Positions 35,821 through 50,229 of a stretch of DNA of 64,000 nt are shown here, in pieces; within the stretch, counting starts at the first letter, position 1; each line of letters opens with the position of its first letter. The notes under the pieces are model-generated. The model ran no database searches. It was not told the DNA's origin and saw only the letters and a list, made by a program, of their open reading frames with translations. Source of the stretch: Lama glama (Eukaryota); the NCBI GenBank assembly GCA_028534125.1, contig CM052817.1, positions 57,724,001-57,788,000 of the forward strand, read 5' to 3'. The translations under genes were made by a program, and so were the position numbers.

Positions 35821-38800
35821 ATGACAATAAACACACATCTATCAATAATTACTCTAAATGCCAATGGACTAAATGCTCCAATAAAGACAGAGAGTGGCAG
35901 ACTGGATAATAAAACAAGAACCTACAATATGCTACCTTCAAGAGACCCACTTTATGGTGAAGGACACACAGATTGAAAGTGAGAGGAGGGAAAAATATTT
36001 CATGCAAATAGAAAAGACATGAAAGCAGGGGTAACAATACTCATATCAGACAAAATAGATTTTAAAACAAAGGCCATAAAGAGAAAGAAGGACACTATAT
36101 AATGATTTAAGGAACAATACAAGATGAGGATATTACTCTCAGTAACATATATGCACCCAATATAGAAGTGCCTAAATATATAAAGCAAATACTAACAGAC
36201 ATACAGGGAGAAACTGATAGGAACACAATCATAGTAGGAGACTTTAACATCCCATTAACATCACTGGACAGATCTTCCAGACACAATATCAATAAAGCAA
36301 AGGAGAAACTAAATGCACAATAGAACAGCTGGACTTGGTTGATATTTTTTAGGAAATTAAACCCCTAAAAAACAGAATATACATTCTTTTCAAGTGTGCA
36401 TGGGACATTCTCTAGGACAGATCATGTACATGGGCACAAAAGAAGACTCAACAAATTTAAGAGGACAGAAATTATTTCAAGCATCTTTTGTGACCACAAT
36501 GCCATGAAACAAGACATCAACCACAGAAAAAGAAAGGAGAAAAAAAAAATGACAGCATGGAGATTAAACAACATGCTAATAAAAAAAAATCAATGAGTCA
36601 ATGATGAAATCAAAGAAATTAAAAAATACTTTGAGATAAAGGACAATGAAAACACAACCACAAAAAATCTATGGGATGCAGCAAAAGCAGTCCTAAGAGA
36701 GAAGAAGTTTATAGAGATACAGGCCTTTCTCAAAATAGAAGAACAATCTCAGGTAAACAACCTAACCTATCACCTAAAAGAATTAGAAAAAGAAGAGCAA
36801 ACAAAACCAAATGTCAACAGAAGGAGGAAATAATAAAGAACAGGGAGAAAATAAATAAAATAGAGATTAAAAAAAATAGAAAAATCAATCAAACCAAGAG
36901 CTGCTTTTTTGAAAGAGTAAACAAAATTGACAAACCTCTGGACAGGCTCACCAAGAAGAAAAGAGAGAATACAAATAAACAATAAGAAAGGAAAAGGGAG
37001 AAATTACAACCAATACTGCAGAAATTAAAAAAAAAAGAGAGAATACTATGAACAACTATATGGAAACAAATTGGACAACCTGAAGAAATGGACAAGTTTC
37101 TTGAAACATGCAGCCTACCAAGACTGAATCAAGAAACAGACCACTTAAACAGACTGATCAATAGAAATGAAATAGAATTAGCAATAAAAAACCTCCCTGC
37201 AAACAAAAGTCCAGGACAAGATGGCTTCAATGGGGAATTCTATCAAATATACAAAGAAGAATTCATACCAGTCCTTCTCAAACTCTTCCAAAAGAATGCA
37301 AAGGAGGGAGTAATCCCAAACTCATTCTATGAAGCCACCATTGCCCTGACACCAAAACCAGACAAAGACACTACCAAAAAAAGAGAATTATAGGTCAATA
37401 TTACTGATGAACAAAGATGCAAAAATCCTCAACAAAATACTATCAAACAGAATCCAACAGCACATAAAAAAGATCATACACTATGATCAAGTTGGAGTCA
37501 TCTCAGGGGCACAAAGATGGTTCAACATAGGCAAATCAATCAATGTGATGCACCACAACAACAAAAGAAAGGACAAAAAACACATGATCATCTCAACAGA
37601 TGCAGAAAAGCATTTGATAAAAACTTACCAAAGTGGATATAGAGGCAACATATCTCAACATAATAAAAGCTATTTATGACAAACCTACAGCCAGCATCAT
37701 ACTCAACAGTGAAAAACTGAAAGCCTTCCCACTAAAATCTGGAACAAGACAAAGATGTCCACTCTCACCACTTCTATTCAACATAGTTTTGAAAGTTGTA
37801 GACAGAGCAATCAGGCAAGAAAAAAAAGAAATAAAAGGGATCCATAATGGAAGAGAAGAGGTAAAACTGTCACTATATGTAGATGACATGATACTATATA
37901 TAGAAAACCCTAAAAGCTCCAAAAACTACTAGAACTGATAAAATAATTCAGCAAGGTAGCAGGATACAAGATTAATATACAGAAATCAGTTGCATTTCTT
38001 TACACTAACAATGAATTAGCAGGAAAAGAAAGTAAAGAAACAATCCCTTTTAAAGTTACATCCAAAACAATAAAATACTTAGGAATAAATCTGACCAAGG
38101 AAGTGAAATACTTATCCATGGAGAATTACAAAACATTGATTAAGGAAATTAAATATGACTTAAAGAAATGGAAAGATATTCTGTGCTCTTGGATTGGAAG
38201 AATCAATATCGTTAAAATGGCCATACTGCCCAAGGTGATCTATAGATTTATTGCAATCCCTATCAAATTACCCAGGAGATTTTTCATAGAACTAGAACAA
38301 ATAATCCTAAAATTTACATGGAACCACAAAAGACCCAGAATTATCAAAGCAATATTGAAAAAAAAAGAATGAAGCTGAGAGAATAACCCTCCCAAACGTC
38401 AGACAATACTACATAGTTACATAATGAAAACAGCATGGTATTGGCATAAAAACAGACATATGAATCAATGGAACAGAATAGAGAGCCCAGAAATAAACCC
38501 ACAGACCTAAGGTCAATTAATCTTCGACAAAGGAGACAAGAATATACAATGGAGAAAAGACAATCTCTTCAGCAAGTGGTGTTGAAAAACTGGACAGCAG
38601 CAATGTAAATCAATGAAGTTAGAACATTCCCTCACTCCACACACAGAAATGAACTCAAAATGGCTTAAAGACTTAAATACATGACAAGACACAATAAACC
38701 TCCTAGAAGAAAACATAGGCAAAACATTCTCTGATGTAAATCTTAGCCTTTTTCTTAGGGGAGTCTACTCAGGCAATAGAAGTGAGAGCAAAAATAAACA

Positions 38801-39594
38801 AATGGGACCTAATTAAACTTATAAGCTTTTCCACAGCAAAGGAAACAATAAACAAAACAAAACTGCAATCTATAGAATGGGAGAAAATATTTGCAAATGA
38901 TGCAACTGACAAAGGCTTAATTTCCAGAATATATGAACAGCTCATACAAGTTAATAACAACAAAACAAATAACCCAGTCCAAAAATGCGTAGAAGACCTA
39001 AACAAGCAATTCTCCAATGAAGATATACAAATGGCCAGTAGGAACATGAAAAATTGCTCTATATTGCTAATCATCAGAGAAATGCAAATTAAAACTACAA
39101 TGAGTTATCACCTCACACCAGTCAGAATGGCCATCATTAAAAAGTCCGTGAATAATAAATGCTGGAGAGGGTGTGGAGAAAAGGGAACCCTCCTACATTG
39201 TTGGTGGGAATGTAGTTTGGTGCAGCCGTTATGGAAAACAGTATGGAGACTCCTCAAAAAACTACAAATAGAGTTACCATATGATCCAGCAATCCCACTT
39301 CTGGGTATATATCTGGAGGGAACTCTAATTCAAAAAGATACATGCACCCCAATGTTCATAGCAGCATTATTTACAATAAACCAAGACATGGAAACAACCT
39401 AAATGTCCATCAACAGATGACTACATAAAGAAGCTGTGGTATGTTTATACAATGGAATACTACTCAGCCCTAAAAAAGAATAAAATAATGCCATTTGCAG
39501 TAACATGGATGACCTAAAGATCATCATTCTAAGTGAAGTAAGCCAGAAAGAGAAAGCAAAATACCATATGGTATCATTCATATGTGGAATCTAA
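35821..39594 (+). pseudogene. L1 ORF2 endonuclease/reverse transcriptase (disrupted)
   Basis: MTINTHLSIITLNANGLNAP start, IIVGDFNIPL (EN), [39 protein letters not shown] (RT), [18 protein letters not shown] (Cys-rich), ends ICGI*. Confidence 0.95.
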
Positions 39595-40164
39595 AGGAAA
39601 AAGGACACTATGAACTTATCTACAAAACAGAAATAGACTCACAGACTTAGTAAACAATCTTATGGGTACCAGGGAAAGGGGGTAGGAAAGGATAAATTTG
39701 GGAATTTGAGATTTACAAATGCTAGCCATTATATATAAACATAGATTTAAAAAAGTTTCTTCTGTATAGCACAGGGAACTATGTTCAATATCTTGTAATA
39801 ACCTCTAATGAAAAAGAATATGAAAATGAATATATGTATGTATATGCATGACTGGGACTTTGTGCTGTACACCAGAAATTGATACATTGTAACTGATGGT
39901 ACTTCAATAAAACAAACAAACAAAACTATCCTTTTCATGAAGCCCTGCAAACTAAATGTGAACAACTTGATATAAACTTCCCAGAAATCACTGTAATTGT
40001 TCATGTATGGATAGTCTTCATACCACTTAGAAAATTTACCTGAGCACCCAGTGACATCAGAGACATTCACATTGCAAAAGATGCTTTGGCCCTGACAGCT
40101 AGAAATATTCTCAGTGGGCTGCCCACAGGACTCAAACTGGGCTTATAGATTGAATGGTAAAACA

Positions 40165-40408
40165 AACATGTGATTATCAAACATCTGCTTGTTGCTTCTT
40201 CAAGGGGAGGAAGGTAATTCACTGGATGCTCAGGATGGTATATAAACCTCAATTGCCTGGTTGTCTTTGAATCTCATATCTTGGTGGGGATCCTGTATGT
40301 ACAAAATTAAATGTCTTTCTCCTGGTAATCTGTCCTATGTCAATTTAGTTATTAGACCAGCCATAGAACCTAAAACAGAAGAAGGGAACATTTTTCCACC
40401 CCTACACA
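40165..40408 (+). mobile_element. 3' LTR (partial) of the ERV1 provirus
   Basis: gattatcaaacatctgct and ggtaatctgtcctatgtcaatttag..agaccagccatagaaccta..gaaggga match the 5' LTR; ends ..cctacaca. Confidence 0.75.
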
Positions 40409-41291
40409 TGTTGGTAATTTTTTAATTACAAGTTTTTAGAAGTGTATATATTCATTTCAGTAGCTATTCTCTAACTCTAATGTTTTTCTGAATATGATTA
40501 TATAATCTAAATGTGTCAACCCCATAATATTAATAGATTTTAAACATACTAAAATATTTGGCAGCTATTCCAAGAGAGAATACCAAACATTTCAGATAAT
40601 CACCAGTTAGAATTTTATCTCTATACATATACATTTACTGTTTTATAAAACTATCTCTAAAAAAAGTCATCTACCAAGATCAATAAATTTCAACTCCAAT
40701 TTAGAACTGTGCCTAATTATGCACTGAATGTTACAAAAAGGAACACTGAAAATTTGTATCTTATGGATATTAAGGGCTTGTTTGCAAAACAATCATATTT
40801 GACAATATGAAATGCAGCTTCTATTAATTTTTACCACAACGAAAAGAAAAATATCAATGTAATAAATATTGAACGCCTTTGAAAAAAATATTTTGTTCCA
40901 AAGTTTTCATTATAATGATGTATTAAGTCAGAATACATTTGGGTAGTAAAATAGAAGAAAAAAACTCTCGCTTCTGATATATACCTGCATGTTTAGGAAG
41001 AGAACCCGTGATCTGTAGGGTCCATAGGGTAAAATACGTAGATATAGTAAAAGAAGACCTTTTTTCTCTCTCTAATAGGCACTATTTCTAGAATATCTCT
41101 GGTCTCCTTTTATTGATGGGATTGCTTTAAGGACAATGATATCGTGTAAGTTTAGTATTTTATCTCTGCATATGACCCATGAAAATAAAAATGATCATCA
41201 AAATATTACAATGGAATGGCCCTCCACTGCAAATAAGGAAAGTACAGACTTACTTATTAGAAGTTGCGCGGAGCAGAAATTGCTATCACTG

Positions 41292-42301
41292 AGAGTTTAA
41301 TTTCCAAAATATACAAACAGCTCATAAAACTCAATAACAAAGAAACAAACAATCCAATCAAAAAAAAAAAAAAAAAAGGGGAGAAGACCTAAACAGACAT
41401 TTCTCCAGTGCAGACATACAGATGGCCAACAGGCATATAAGAAGATGCTCAATACTGCTAATTATCAGAGAAATGCAAATCACAACCACAATGAGGTATC
41501 ACCTGACACCAGTCAGAATGGCCATCATTAAAAAGTCCACAAACCATAAATGCTAGAGAGGATGTGGAGAAAAAGGAACCCTCCTATACTGTTGGTGGGA
41601 ACATAATTTGGTGTAGCCATTATGAAAACAATAGGGAGATTCCTTAAAAAACTAAAAATAAGAGTTACTCTATGATCCAGCAGTTCCACTCCTGAGCATA
41701 TATCTGGAGAAAACTCTAATCAAAAAGATCAGTGCACAACCAATGTTCATAGCAGTACTATTTACAATAAACCAACACGTAGAAGCAACCTAAATGTCCA
41801 TTGACATGATTGGATAAAGAAAATGTAGTGTATATACATATAATGGAATACTACTCAGCCATTAAAAAGAATGAAATAATGCCATTTGCAGCAACATGGC
41901 TAGACTAAGAATATCATATTATGTAAAGTAAGCCATACAGAAAAAGACAAATGTCACATGATATCACTTATATGTGGAATCTTAAAAAAAATGATGCGAA
42001 TGAACTTATTTGCAAAACAGAAAGAGACTCAGGCATATTAAAAAAACTTATGGTTATCAAAGGGGAAAGGGGGTTGGGGAGGGATAAATTATGAATTTGG
42101 GATAACCAGATACAAACTACTAATTATAAAATAGATAAACGACAAGGTCCTACTGTATAGCACAGGGAACTATATTCAATAGCTTATAATAATACAAAAA
42201 AGAATATATATATATTTATATCTATAACTGATTCACTGTATTGTACACTAGAAACTAACACAACATTGCAAGTAAACTATACCTCAAAAAAAAAAAAAAA
42301 A
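41292..42301 (+). mobile_element. 5'-truncated LINE-1 (~1 kb) with poly(A) tail
   Basis: Highly similar to 38915-39905; imperfect 17-bp TSD agaaattgctatcactg (41275-41291) / agaaatggctgtaactg (42302-42318). Confidence 0.93.
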
Positions 42302-42404
42302 AGAAATGGCTGTAACTGGCCTCTTCTCCCCTAAAACACTAACTCAAGTTCTTTTTAAACAAACTTGTCAAACAGCTAATATATAATCAATTACCAGCTG
42401 ATGC

Positions 42405-42670
42405 TTGTTTTAGCTGAAGTTCTCTATAAAACAGAAAATAAGATGAGGCTTAACTGCTAAATGCTTTCCTGGGAAGTACAGTTCCAAAAAAAGGAAAGTG
42501 AGGGAGTAGGGAACTAGCCAAGGGGGGCTGGGAAGCATATCGACTTGGGGAGAGAGACACAGCTGACCATCTGGCTCCCTTCCGGACAGGGGTATGGGAG
42601 CCACTCAACTTACAGTTACAACCTGAGCAAGTTGATGGCAGCTCCCCTGACTCAGTACCTCCCACAGTCT
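42405..42670. mobile_element. Old ERVL LTR fragment (LTR16/LTR33-like)
   Basis: tgttttagctgaagttctctataaaacagaaaataagatgaggcttaactgctaaatgctttcctgggaag resembles an LTR16/33 terminus. Confidence 0.4.
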
Positions 42671-45324
42671 TTCTATTGACTGTGTAAGGGGATAATTCCC
42701 TGTCTTAAAAACTTACATATTTGGAAAACAGAGTCTCATCTGGTTCCTTGATCAAACTCTGACTCAGATGGCAACTCAAATTTCATTAACTATGCTTATG
42801 TTTAGATTTGTCATTAATGTTTCATATTGTTATGTAACTTTCAGTTAGCATATTGATCATTATGACAATGATTATATACATACTAGTGCATTTGGCTTCA
42901 TGTTTCAAACTACAGTATCCTTAGCTATATGAATATTGTGTATAAAAGTTATTTTTGTTCAGTTGCATGACATATTTAATTTCATTGTGTATTTAATCTA
43001 ACATACAAAGGAGATAAAGTTGCTTCCCCAAACCACACTCTTAAGCAAAATTTACAATCATCTGGGGTCCTTGTTAAAAATGCAGGTTTCTAAGACGCTG
43101 TGAATGCCTGATTTAGTATGCTCCTTAAAAACCACTACTAAACCTCACCAACTGTTTCTAAACTCTGATGTAACTTGGTGCAGGGCATACCAATGTACTT
43201 GCTGTCAGTGTGAATACATCAGTTTTTTTTTATAAAGTCTTCAATTTTGATGTACGTAAAATATTGTTGGCACATCATCAGGGTTTTCTAGAGGCTTTGA
43301 GAAGAAATACATGGTGATACTTCTAACAATATGGCTTCATCCATTACCTAGCATCGATCTCTCACAGTCAAACTAACAGAAGAACTCTTTCCCACTGCTT
43401 TTACACTGCAAGATATTTTGGTGCATTCTGGAACAATGTGAGTTAACTGCAAATAATTCAACAGCTCAAATAATGGGGATGGAGGAGAGATATAGTAACC
43501 CTAAAACTAAAGAAAGAAACTAAATAAAGAACTCTAACTTAAGAGGGGAAAATAGATTGAACTCAGCATTCATTCAGTGTTTTTGATAAGAGACCTGGCT
43601 GAGAACTGTTTAAATAAACGTAGCACAGACTTTTAAAAATGTGTATATCGTATACTCTCCATCTTAAGAGGGGGAGTACATGATAAATGCATAGGTAGTA
43701 TATTTCACTAAGAGAAGTATTTATTTTATTGAAAAACTGAAAAACTGAATTGGGCAATATGAGAATCTTGTACAAAAGTAAGGTTAAAATATATTCAATT
43801 TTTGTTGTCAATTCTTAGTGTTCTAATAATGTTATTTGGGGTGGGGAGCAAAGGACATCTAACTCAAAATCAGATTAATTTCAATTTTTTAAAACAGCTA
43901 AGAAATTTTATAAAGAAAAGAAATTGAATTAAAAATACTTTGGACAATGTTAATCTTTAAAACCATAATAGCATATGTAGTTCAGAAATACCACTATATT
44001 TTATCTTAACATTATGTATAGAAAATAAATATAAAAATAATGTAATGATCATATTTTTACAAACTATAAAGAGTGTTTAGATTCATTCTAGTAATTAAAT
44101 GCAATGACATGAAAAACCATGAAAATTGGCATGTTTTGGTGTAAACAACACCAAAGTATAATAAATCATGCTAAAGAGAAGTTAATGAATCCCCATCTCT
44201 TTTTCCAAATATGTAGGGTTAAATTAAAATTCAATTTTTACTTTTGGATAAAGTACAGTTATGGTTTAGAACTAGGGCAGAATTAAAATGACCAGTGGAC
44301 CTGGTCCATTCAACACTCTGTACCCTTAATAATGCAGCAAAATGGCAGGACCAGCCTTAGTGACTGTCTGCCTCTAGGGGCCTTGTGGTTGAAGCCCATT
44401 GGACTAATCTGTTCCTTTCAAGGCAATAATTGTAGACAAAGGGCAAAGAGTTGCAACATTACATGTGTAGTGAGATACATGTAAAGAGAATGAGTAAGTG
44501 GAAGGACAAGGCATTGGCAAGAATTAAAGAATGACAGGCCTAGTTGCAGTTGTAGAGAAAAGTCTATAATAACAGGATTTTGAAATTTTTTGCACTGTTA
44601 TTTCAATGTACCTGTATGTTAGATTTTGTTGAACTAACTTTTCCAAAAAAAATTTGCAAGATTTGGTAACATAGTCTCCTGTTGTGTTTTAGATGTCTTA
44701 GTCCATAACCTTTTTTATCAACATTTACTACACACTTGTATAAGACATGCTCTAGGACGTAGGAAAACATATACAAACATACACACAAAACACTAGACCA
44801 CCAATTATGTCTGGGATCAAGTCCTGAGACCATCATGAATCTCCTAATTAAAAAGTGCACCTACAACATATAATTTTCATCATAAATTGCATACACCACC
44901 AAAAAGCAAAACCTAGCAACAAGGCTGAGTGAAGATGTGGCTATTGGTTATCTACTAGGCTTTTTTACTGGCCAAGTGACCTACTCCTTCATTAGCTGTG
45001 TTACACTCCTATTCGGATTTTGTCTCAGCAATTTGCAAATTACTACGTCACCAACCATCTTGGATCACTTGGGAATAGTCAAACTGATGAAAACCGTAAG
45101 TCATATAGTAAACACATACTGTACATGGTTCATACCTACAAAGAAATCTTTTCAGGTTAAAAATGTAATTATATTTTAATGAAATAATACTTTTAGAGAA
45201 CTAGTCTTACACTGATATAATACGTATTTAGAAGCTGTTCATGCTCTACTTTGGATCGTCTATTAGCATATTACTCATTTTTGTGCCTGTTGCCTTTCTG
45301 TTTCTTTAGGCTTGGCAATCACCT

Positions 45325-45375
45325 GAGAGAGAGAGAGACAGAGACACAGACAGACAGAAACAGAGAGACAGAGAA
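45325..45375. repeat. (GA)n/(GACA)n compound microsatellite
   Basis: Read directly. Confidence 0.85.
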
Positions 45376-46924
45376 AGGGAACCAATGAAATGAAAACTAG
45401 TTTGTTTTTAAAAGGTTTGGGAGAAGAGAGAGAAAAGCTAAAACATTAAATCTATTTTTGGGTTATTTTGGATGCTATTTATTAGTATCCCTAGTTTTAA
45501 ATACATTCAGCCATAAATTACAAAATAATTGATCTATTTATTGGTCTAAAAATCAGGAATCAGTGTGAAATCATTTTCAGAAGAAATTTTCATTATATAG
45601 CAAAGAGTATTTTATCATAAATCTTCATTCTCGTTGGTAAACATAACAAGTAGCTCAGTGACGGCCACATTTATTAAAGTGGCATGTAATTAGCTGACTC
45701 ACCTAATAAGACTTCACAGCAGAGCAACAACTGCCAGCTTTTCTCATGTTACTTGGATATAGACCTAGTTGCAAATTGTAATACACAACAGGAAGTCTGA
45801 GAATAAACTATTTTCAGTTTTCATGTCCAAAGATTAATCCTCTTCTATTAATAAATATTATTATATACATTTATACATATGTATTTTTGCTTATTATTTA
45901 AGTTTGCATGGATAGGATTCTTGATGATCAGCCCCTTGGGTGGTGACTGAATAAGACATCAAAGGGAAAGTGGGTCAGTCCGATAAAGATATACTCTTCT
46001 ATTGAGCTCTGAAGGAGCCAGCCATTTCATCTTTGCAAATGCATTGATATTTGGAGGCAAGTCTTAAAGCTAACATCTGGGGGAAGAATCAGTGGGGAGT
46101 GTAGGTTATGACAAAGAAACAGAGTCTGCTTCCGTATCTTAGGGAATTGAGGAAATGCTGAAAGGCTTCTGAGAAAGAGGAAATTTGCTATCAAGAGCAT
46201 AGCAAGCCAAGGCTCAGGTGTTTGCTTTCAAAAACAAATGGGAAACTGGTGTTAATACCTGACGGGGAGAAAATACTTCAGACAAAACTAACTGCTCATA
46301 CACAAAAAGGTGGAGAGAACCCATGGGGCTCAGAAGCAGAGAGGGAAGGCAATAGCTTCAAGACCAATGCATGTGAAACCCAGAAAATGACTCTTAAAGA
46401 ACAAGATTTGTCTTCTTTCATCTAAGAGAGCAAAGACTTGGGAGAAGCTGTAAGAAAGGCAGAGCTGGAACACAGCACTGTCACGTACCTGTGATAACCT
46501 GAGGTTCCAGCAGTCTCCATGCTGCTGGGAACAGCCCACATGCAAGGCTTTCAAGATCTAGAGGAAAACTTCACCAGGATCTCAGCTCTCCAGCTGAAAT
46601 ATCTTTGTTTAGCATCTGAGACAGTGAACGCCCAGGGAACAATGCCCTGCTGACCACAGCAGTCAATTTCAAAGGGTGTTGCAGTTTCTCTACACTGGAA
46701 ATTCTACCACTGTTTTGTCGCACCAGTCGTGGTTGTTAGTTTCTTTTGGTTACTCAGATCAAGTTTTCTCTACCCTTGTCTCAACAGATCTGAGATAAGA
46801 CAGAATGTACTTGAGGATTACCAAGAAAGATAATGGGCTGGATATATCCTTAAAAGGTCATTCAGATACAGTATTGTTAAATGCTTAATTTTTCATCTTA
46901 CTCTGACATGGGCTAACAATCATG

Positions 46925-47090
46925 GCTAAAGTTTATTTAGTGTTTACTCTGTATTTGAAATGTTCCAAGAGTTCACATGCATTATTTCATTTAAGAAACC
47001 AACAACTTGTAGAAGTTACTGCAATTATTTATTTTTTTCAATGAATGAACAGACATAGGCAGTCTAGCTCCAGAGCCCTAACTACAGTGA
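46925..47090 (-). mobile_element. MIR fragment
   Basis: tttatttagtgtttactctgt..cacatgcattatttcatttaa..ggcagtctagctccagagccc. Confidence 0.55.
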
Positions 47091-48339
47091 AGTACATTTA
47101 TCCAATTCCTTGACAAAAAAATTCTTATTAAAACATTAAGTTGATCTGCTTACAAAAGATAAAATTCAGTTTCAAAAACTTAAAACTCTCAAAATGCAAC
47201 GTGTAGTATTGTATGAGTAAATAGCTGTGCTACCTCTACTACTACCTAAATGTTTGTCACCACTTTCATCAGAAAAAAATTAGAGGCTGAAAGAACTGTT
47301 GACATATATATATGTGAGTGACCTATTTACAGGGGCAAAAATCAGAGAGAGAATAATTTTAACCACATGGTTATTAAATCTGCAAAAAGTAAGTTGATTA
47401 ACTTTTTATTACAGGGTAAAATACCTTATTATGAATTCTATGCATAGCATTTTTTTCTGGCTTAGGCCTTTTCATTAGAGTGGTTCTAACAGAATAAAGA
47501 TGATGAAATTGTCAGAAATAAATTGTTCATTTTGTCCCTTAAATATGTGTCAGAGAAATTACAGTTTTCAGAATGGTTTGAAACATTGCTTGAGTTTCTC
47601 TCTTCACTCTTTCTGAACAACCAACAAAGCTTTGCCTGGGTCACAGGCCTTCTCTTTCTTAGCTTTACACTGGAAATTGTCTTCTCTCCCAAGTCCCTGC
47701 AACAAGTTCATTTTGAATTTCATAATAAAAAGTAATGATCCAATAAGTCTATGGCAGATGTTACACTTAGTCATGATGTTTATACATTTATTGACTGCAT
47801 CATTCCACAGAGGATTTGAAGAAGAATAAAAGATTATTTCCTCATCACAACAAATGAATAGTGTTTGCTTTGTCTAATGTCTTTTTTCTTCCTTTAATTA
47901 AACACTAAATGTTTATTTGTGTTCTTTTAATTACTTTTAAAGCATCCATTATTTCTGGATTACATTATTGACCACGCAGTAAATCAATATAGAGTTCTGC
48001 ATTTATTTTTTCAACTATTCTCCCTTCTTTATTTTGGTTCATTTCTATCTCTCTTTGGTTTTTATTCCATGGAAGCTCCTGAGTTATGTATCAGAGAGAG
48101 GAAAAACAAAACACATAGAATATTCTGTATTTGATGCCGCAACTGAATCAGCAGTCTCATAGGTGGGATGGGTACATGACTCTATGTGTGTGCTGGAAAC
48201 CTATATACTGAGGATGATTCCTAATTCTGCCACTGCTGAGAAGCAAAACGGCTACACAATCACTCTAAATATCTTGTGTCATAGTCCCCTTCCTCCAACA
48301 ACTCTGCGTACTGCCTGTTGTTTGGAAGTCCAGGAGAAA

Positions 48340-48545
48340 ATATGCTTTTAAGAGCATGGCATCTGGTGGCATATTGACCTGGTGGCAGATGGTCCAGGTG
48401 AGATTTTGAGCAATTTAGATGTCTCAGCTGGAAGACGGTAATAATAAAACCTTTCTCAGAGTGTTGTACTAAATGAGATAATATACATAAGTTAGCCTAG
48501 AATGACCAGCACACAGTCATAACAACACTGAATATTTACTGAGCA
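48340..48545 (+). mobile_element. MIR fragment
   Basis: ttaagagcatggcatctgg..aataataaaacctttctcagagtgttgtactaaatgagataatatacataa. Confidence 0.6.
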
Positions 48546-49375
48546 TCTGCTAAGCGCTGGACTGGCCTTAGTACTTAGTTACCTAAGTATCCCAATAAAT
48601 GTTTATCAAATATTGTCTCAATGCATATTACCCACTGTTGTTCTACTTTCATTTTATTGCTAATCTTATTTTTTAAAAAAGCTTCTCTTGGAAAAGAGTG
48701 AAACAAAAAAAGAAATCTATTTTAAGAATGGCAGCCTTTGCCTTATCTCGTTGACTAGCCACATCGACTGTCCGATGAGCTGCAGTATTTTCCCTTTCTC
48801 ACACTGGTGCGTAAGCCTGACCGTTGGTTCCCCTTCTCTCAGCTGCCTAGGATGCAGCTGAAGCCTTTTGTACTGCATGCTAGTTGGGCCTGTTACATCC
48901 TGGGTACGTCCTATCCTAGTGACACAGATAAGAAGCAAATGCTACGGAGCTATCAGTGCAAATGCTACAAGTACAGTATTCTGTCTTAAACTGAAGACTT
49001 TAAAGCAGAAGCAGTGTTATATTTAGACCATACCAAGGGTGAGAAAGATTCACAGAACCAGTGCTTGAAGATAAATATACTTTTCTTGATATTTATAATG
49101 TTGGTAAAGAAGCACCTCTTATCCTTGCAATAAGTAGCTTATCATAATTGAAGCTAAACAAGATATATATTAAAAGCCCTGACTTGTCCTTTGTAGGCTT
49201 TTGGGTCAACCTCACAATAGGGTAAATACTGTACCTATGAAACTCTAGACTTCTTTATCAGTTATAACCTCCACATAAAAAATACAATATGGGTCGGTGG
49301 GTCAGGGGGAGAGGGTGGTGGATATAGAGTACTGAGATCTTAGAAATGGCAAATACCAACAGTGTAACATTACTA

Positions 49376-49870
49376 CAGATCTTACATACATACAGTGAGG
49401 TTACATCCTGATAAACCCTATGAAAGTTGAAAACATCCTAAGTCAAAAATGCCTTTAATACACCTTACCTACCCAACACCACAGCTTAGCCTAGCCTACC
49501 TTAAATGTGCTCAGAACAACTACATTAGCCTATAGCTGGGCAAAATCATCTAATACAAGCCTACTTTTTAATAAAGTGTTGAGTATCCTATGTAATAATA
49601 TGAATACTGTACTGAAAGTGAAACAGAATGGTCGTAGGGTGACAGAATGGTTGTTAAGTGCACTGGTGGCTTTCTCTCACGGTCATGTGGCTGACTGGGA
49701 GCTGCAGCTTGCTGCCACTGCTCAGTACCACGAGAGTATGGTACTGCATGTTGCTGGCCTTGGAAAAGATCAAAATTCAAAGTATGGTTTCTATTGAATG
49801 TGTATTACCTTCACACCATCAGAAAGTCAAAAAATTGTAAGTTGAACCACTGTAGTCAGGGACTAGATTT
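49376..49870 (+). mobile_element. Tigger4 (Zombi/MER46-type) DNA transposon derivative
   Basis: ggttacatcctgataaaccc..aagttgaaaa..taagtcaaaaatgc, agcttagcctagcctaccttaaatgtgctcagaac, ..gtaagttgaaccactgtagtcagggac. Confidence 0.82.
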
Positions 49871-50229
49871 ATGACAGTAGGTCACAGTAGCTGGTAGCAT
49901 TGTGACTTGCTTCCAAAAATGTGCAATATGTTTTGTGTTTAAAGGGCTATAAGATTTTGGAAGGCAAATATAGAATGTTGTTCTATATTAAGAAGGGACC
50001 TGGTAACAATGATTTTTGTGATATTCTTTATCAATAAACATCTCCAAATTTTGATAAAAACTATGATACAACAAATGTTGTTTCTCTGCAGGCTAATTCA
50101 AAGACTGTATATTTTGTGTTATGTTACCAAGTATGCAATCATATTGCCAATATTAGGCTACTCAACTAATCAAAAGTAATTAGCACTATAAACCCAATAA
50201 ACATAATTATGGATAGTATATTATATCAG

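Larger units (their letters stand above)
34066..39925 (+). mobile_element. Near-full-length inactive LINE-1 (partial 5'UTR, ORF1, spacer, ORF2, 3'UTR), antisense to SNCA
   Basis: ORF1 and ORF2 remnants, AATAAA at 39906-39911 and (AAAC)n tail; many stops and frameshifts; 5' boundary approximate. Confidence 0.95.

Noticed and set aside
38782..39402. 206-aa ORF, the longest in the window, as a domesticated gene
   Set aside because: It is the C-terminal part of a disrupted L1 ORF2 with a GTG start; an open stretch of this size is expected in a fairly young L1
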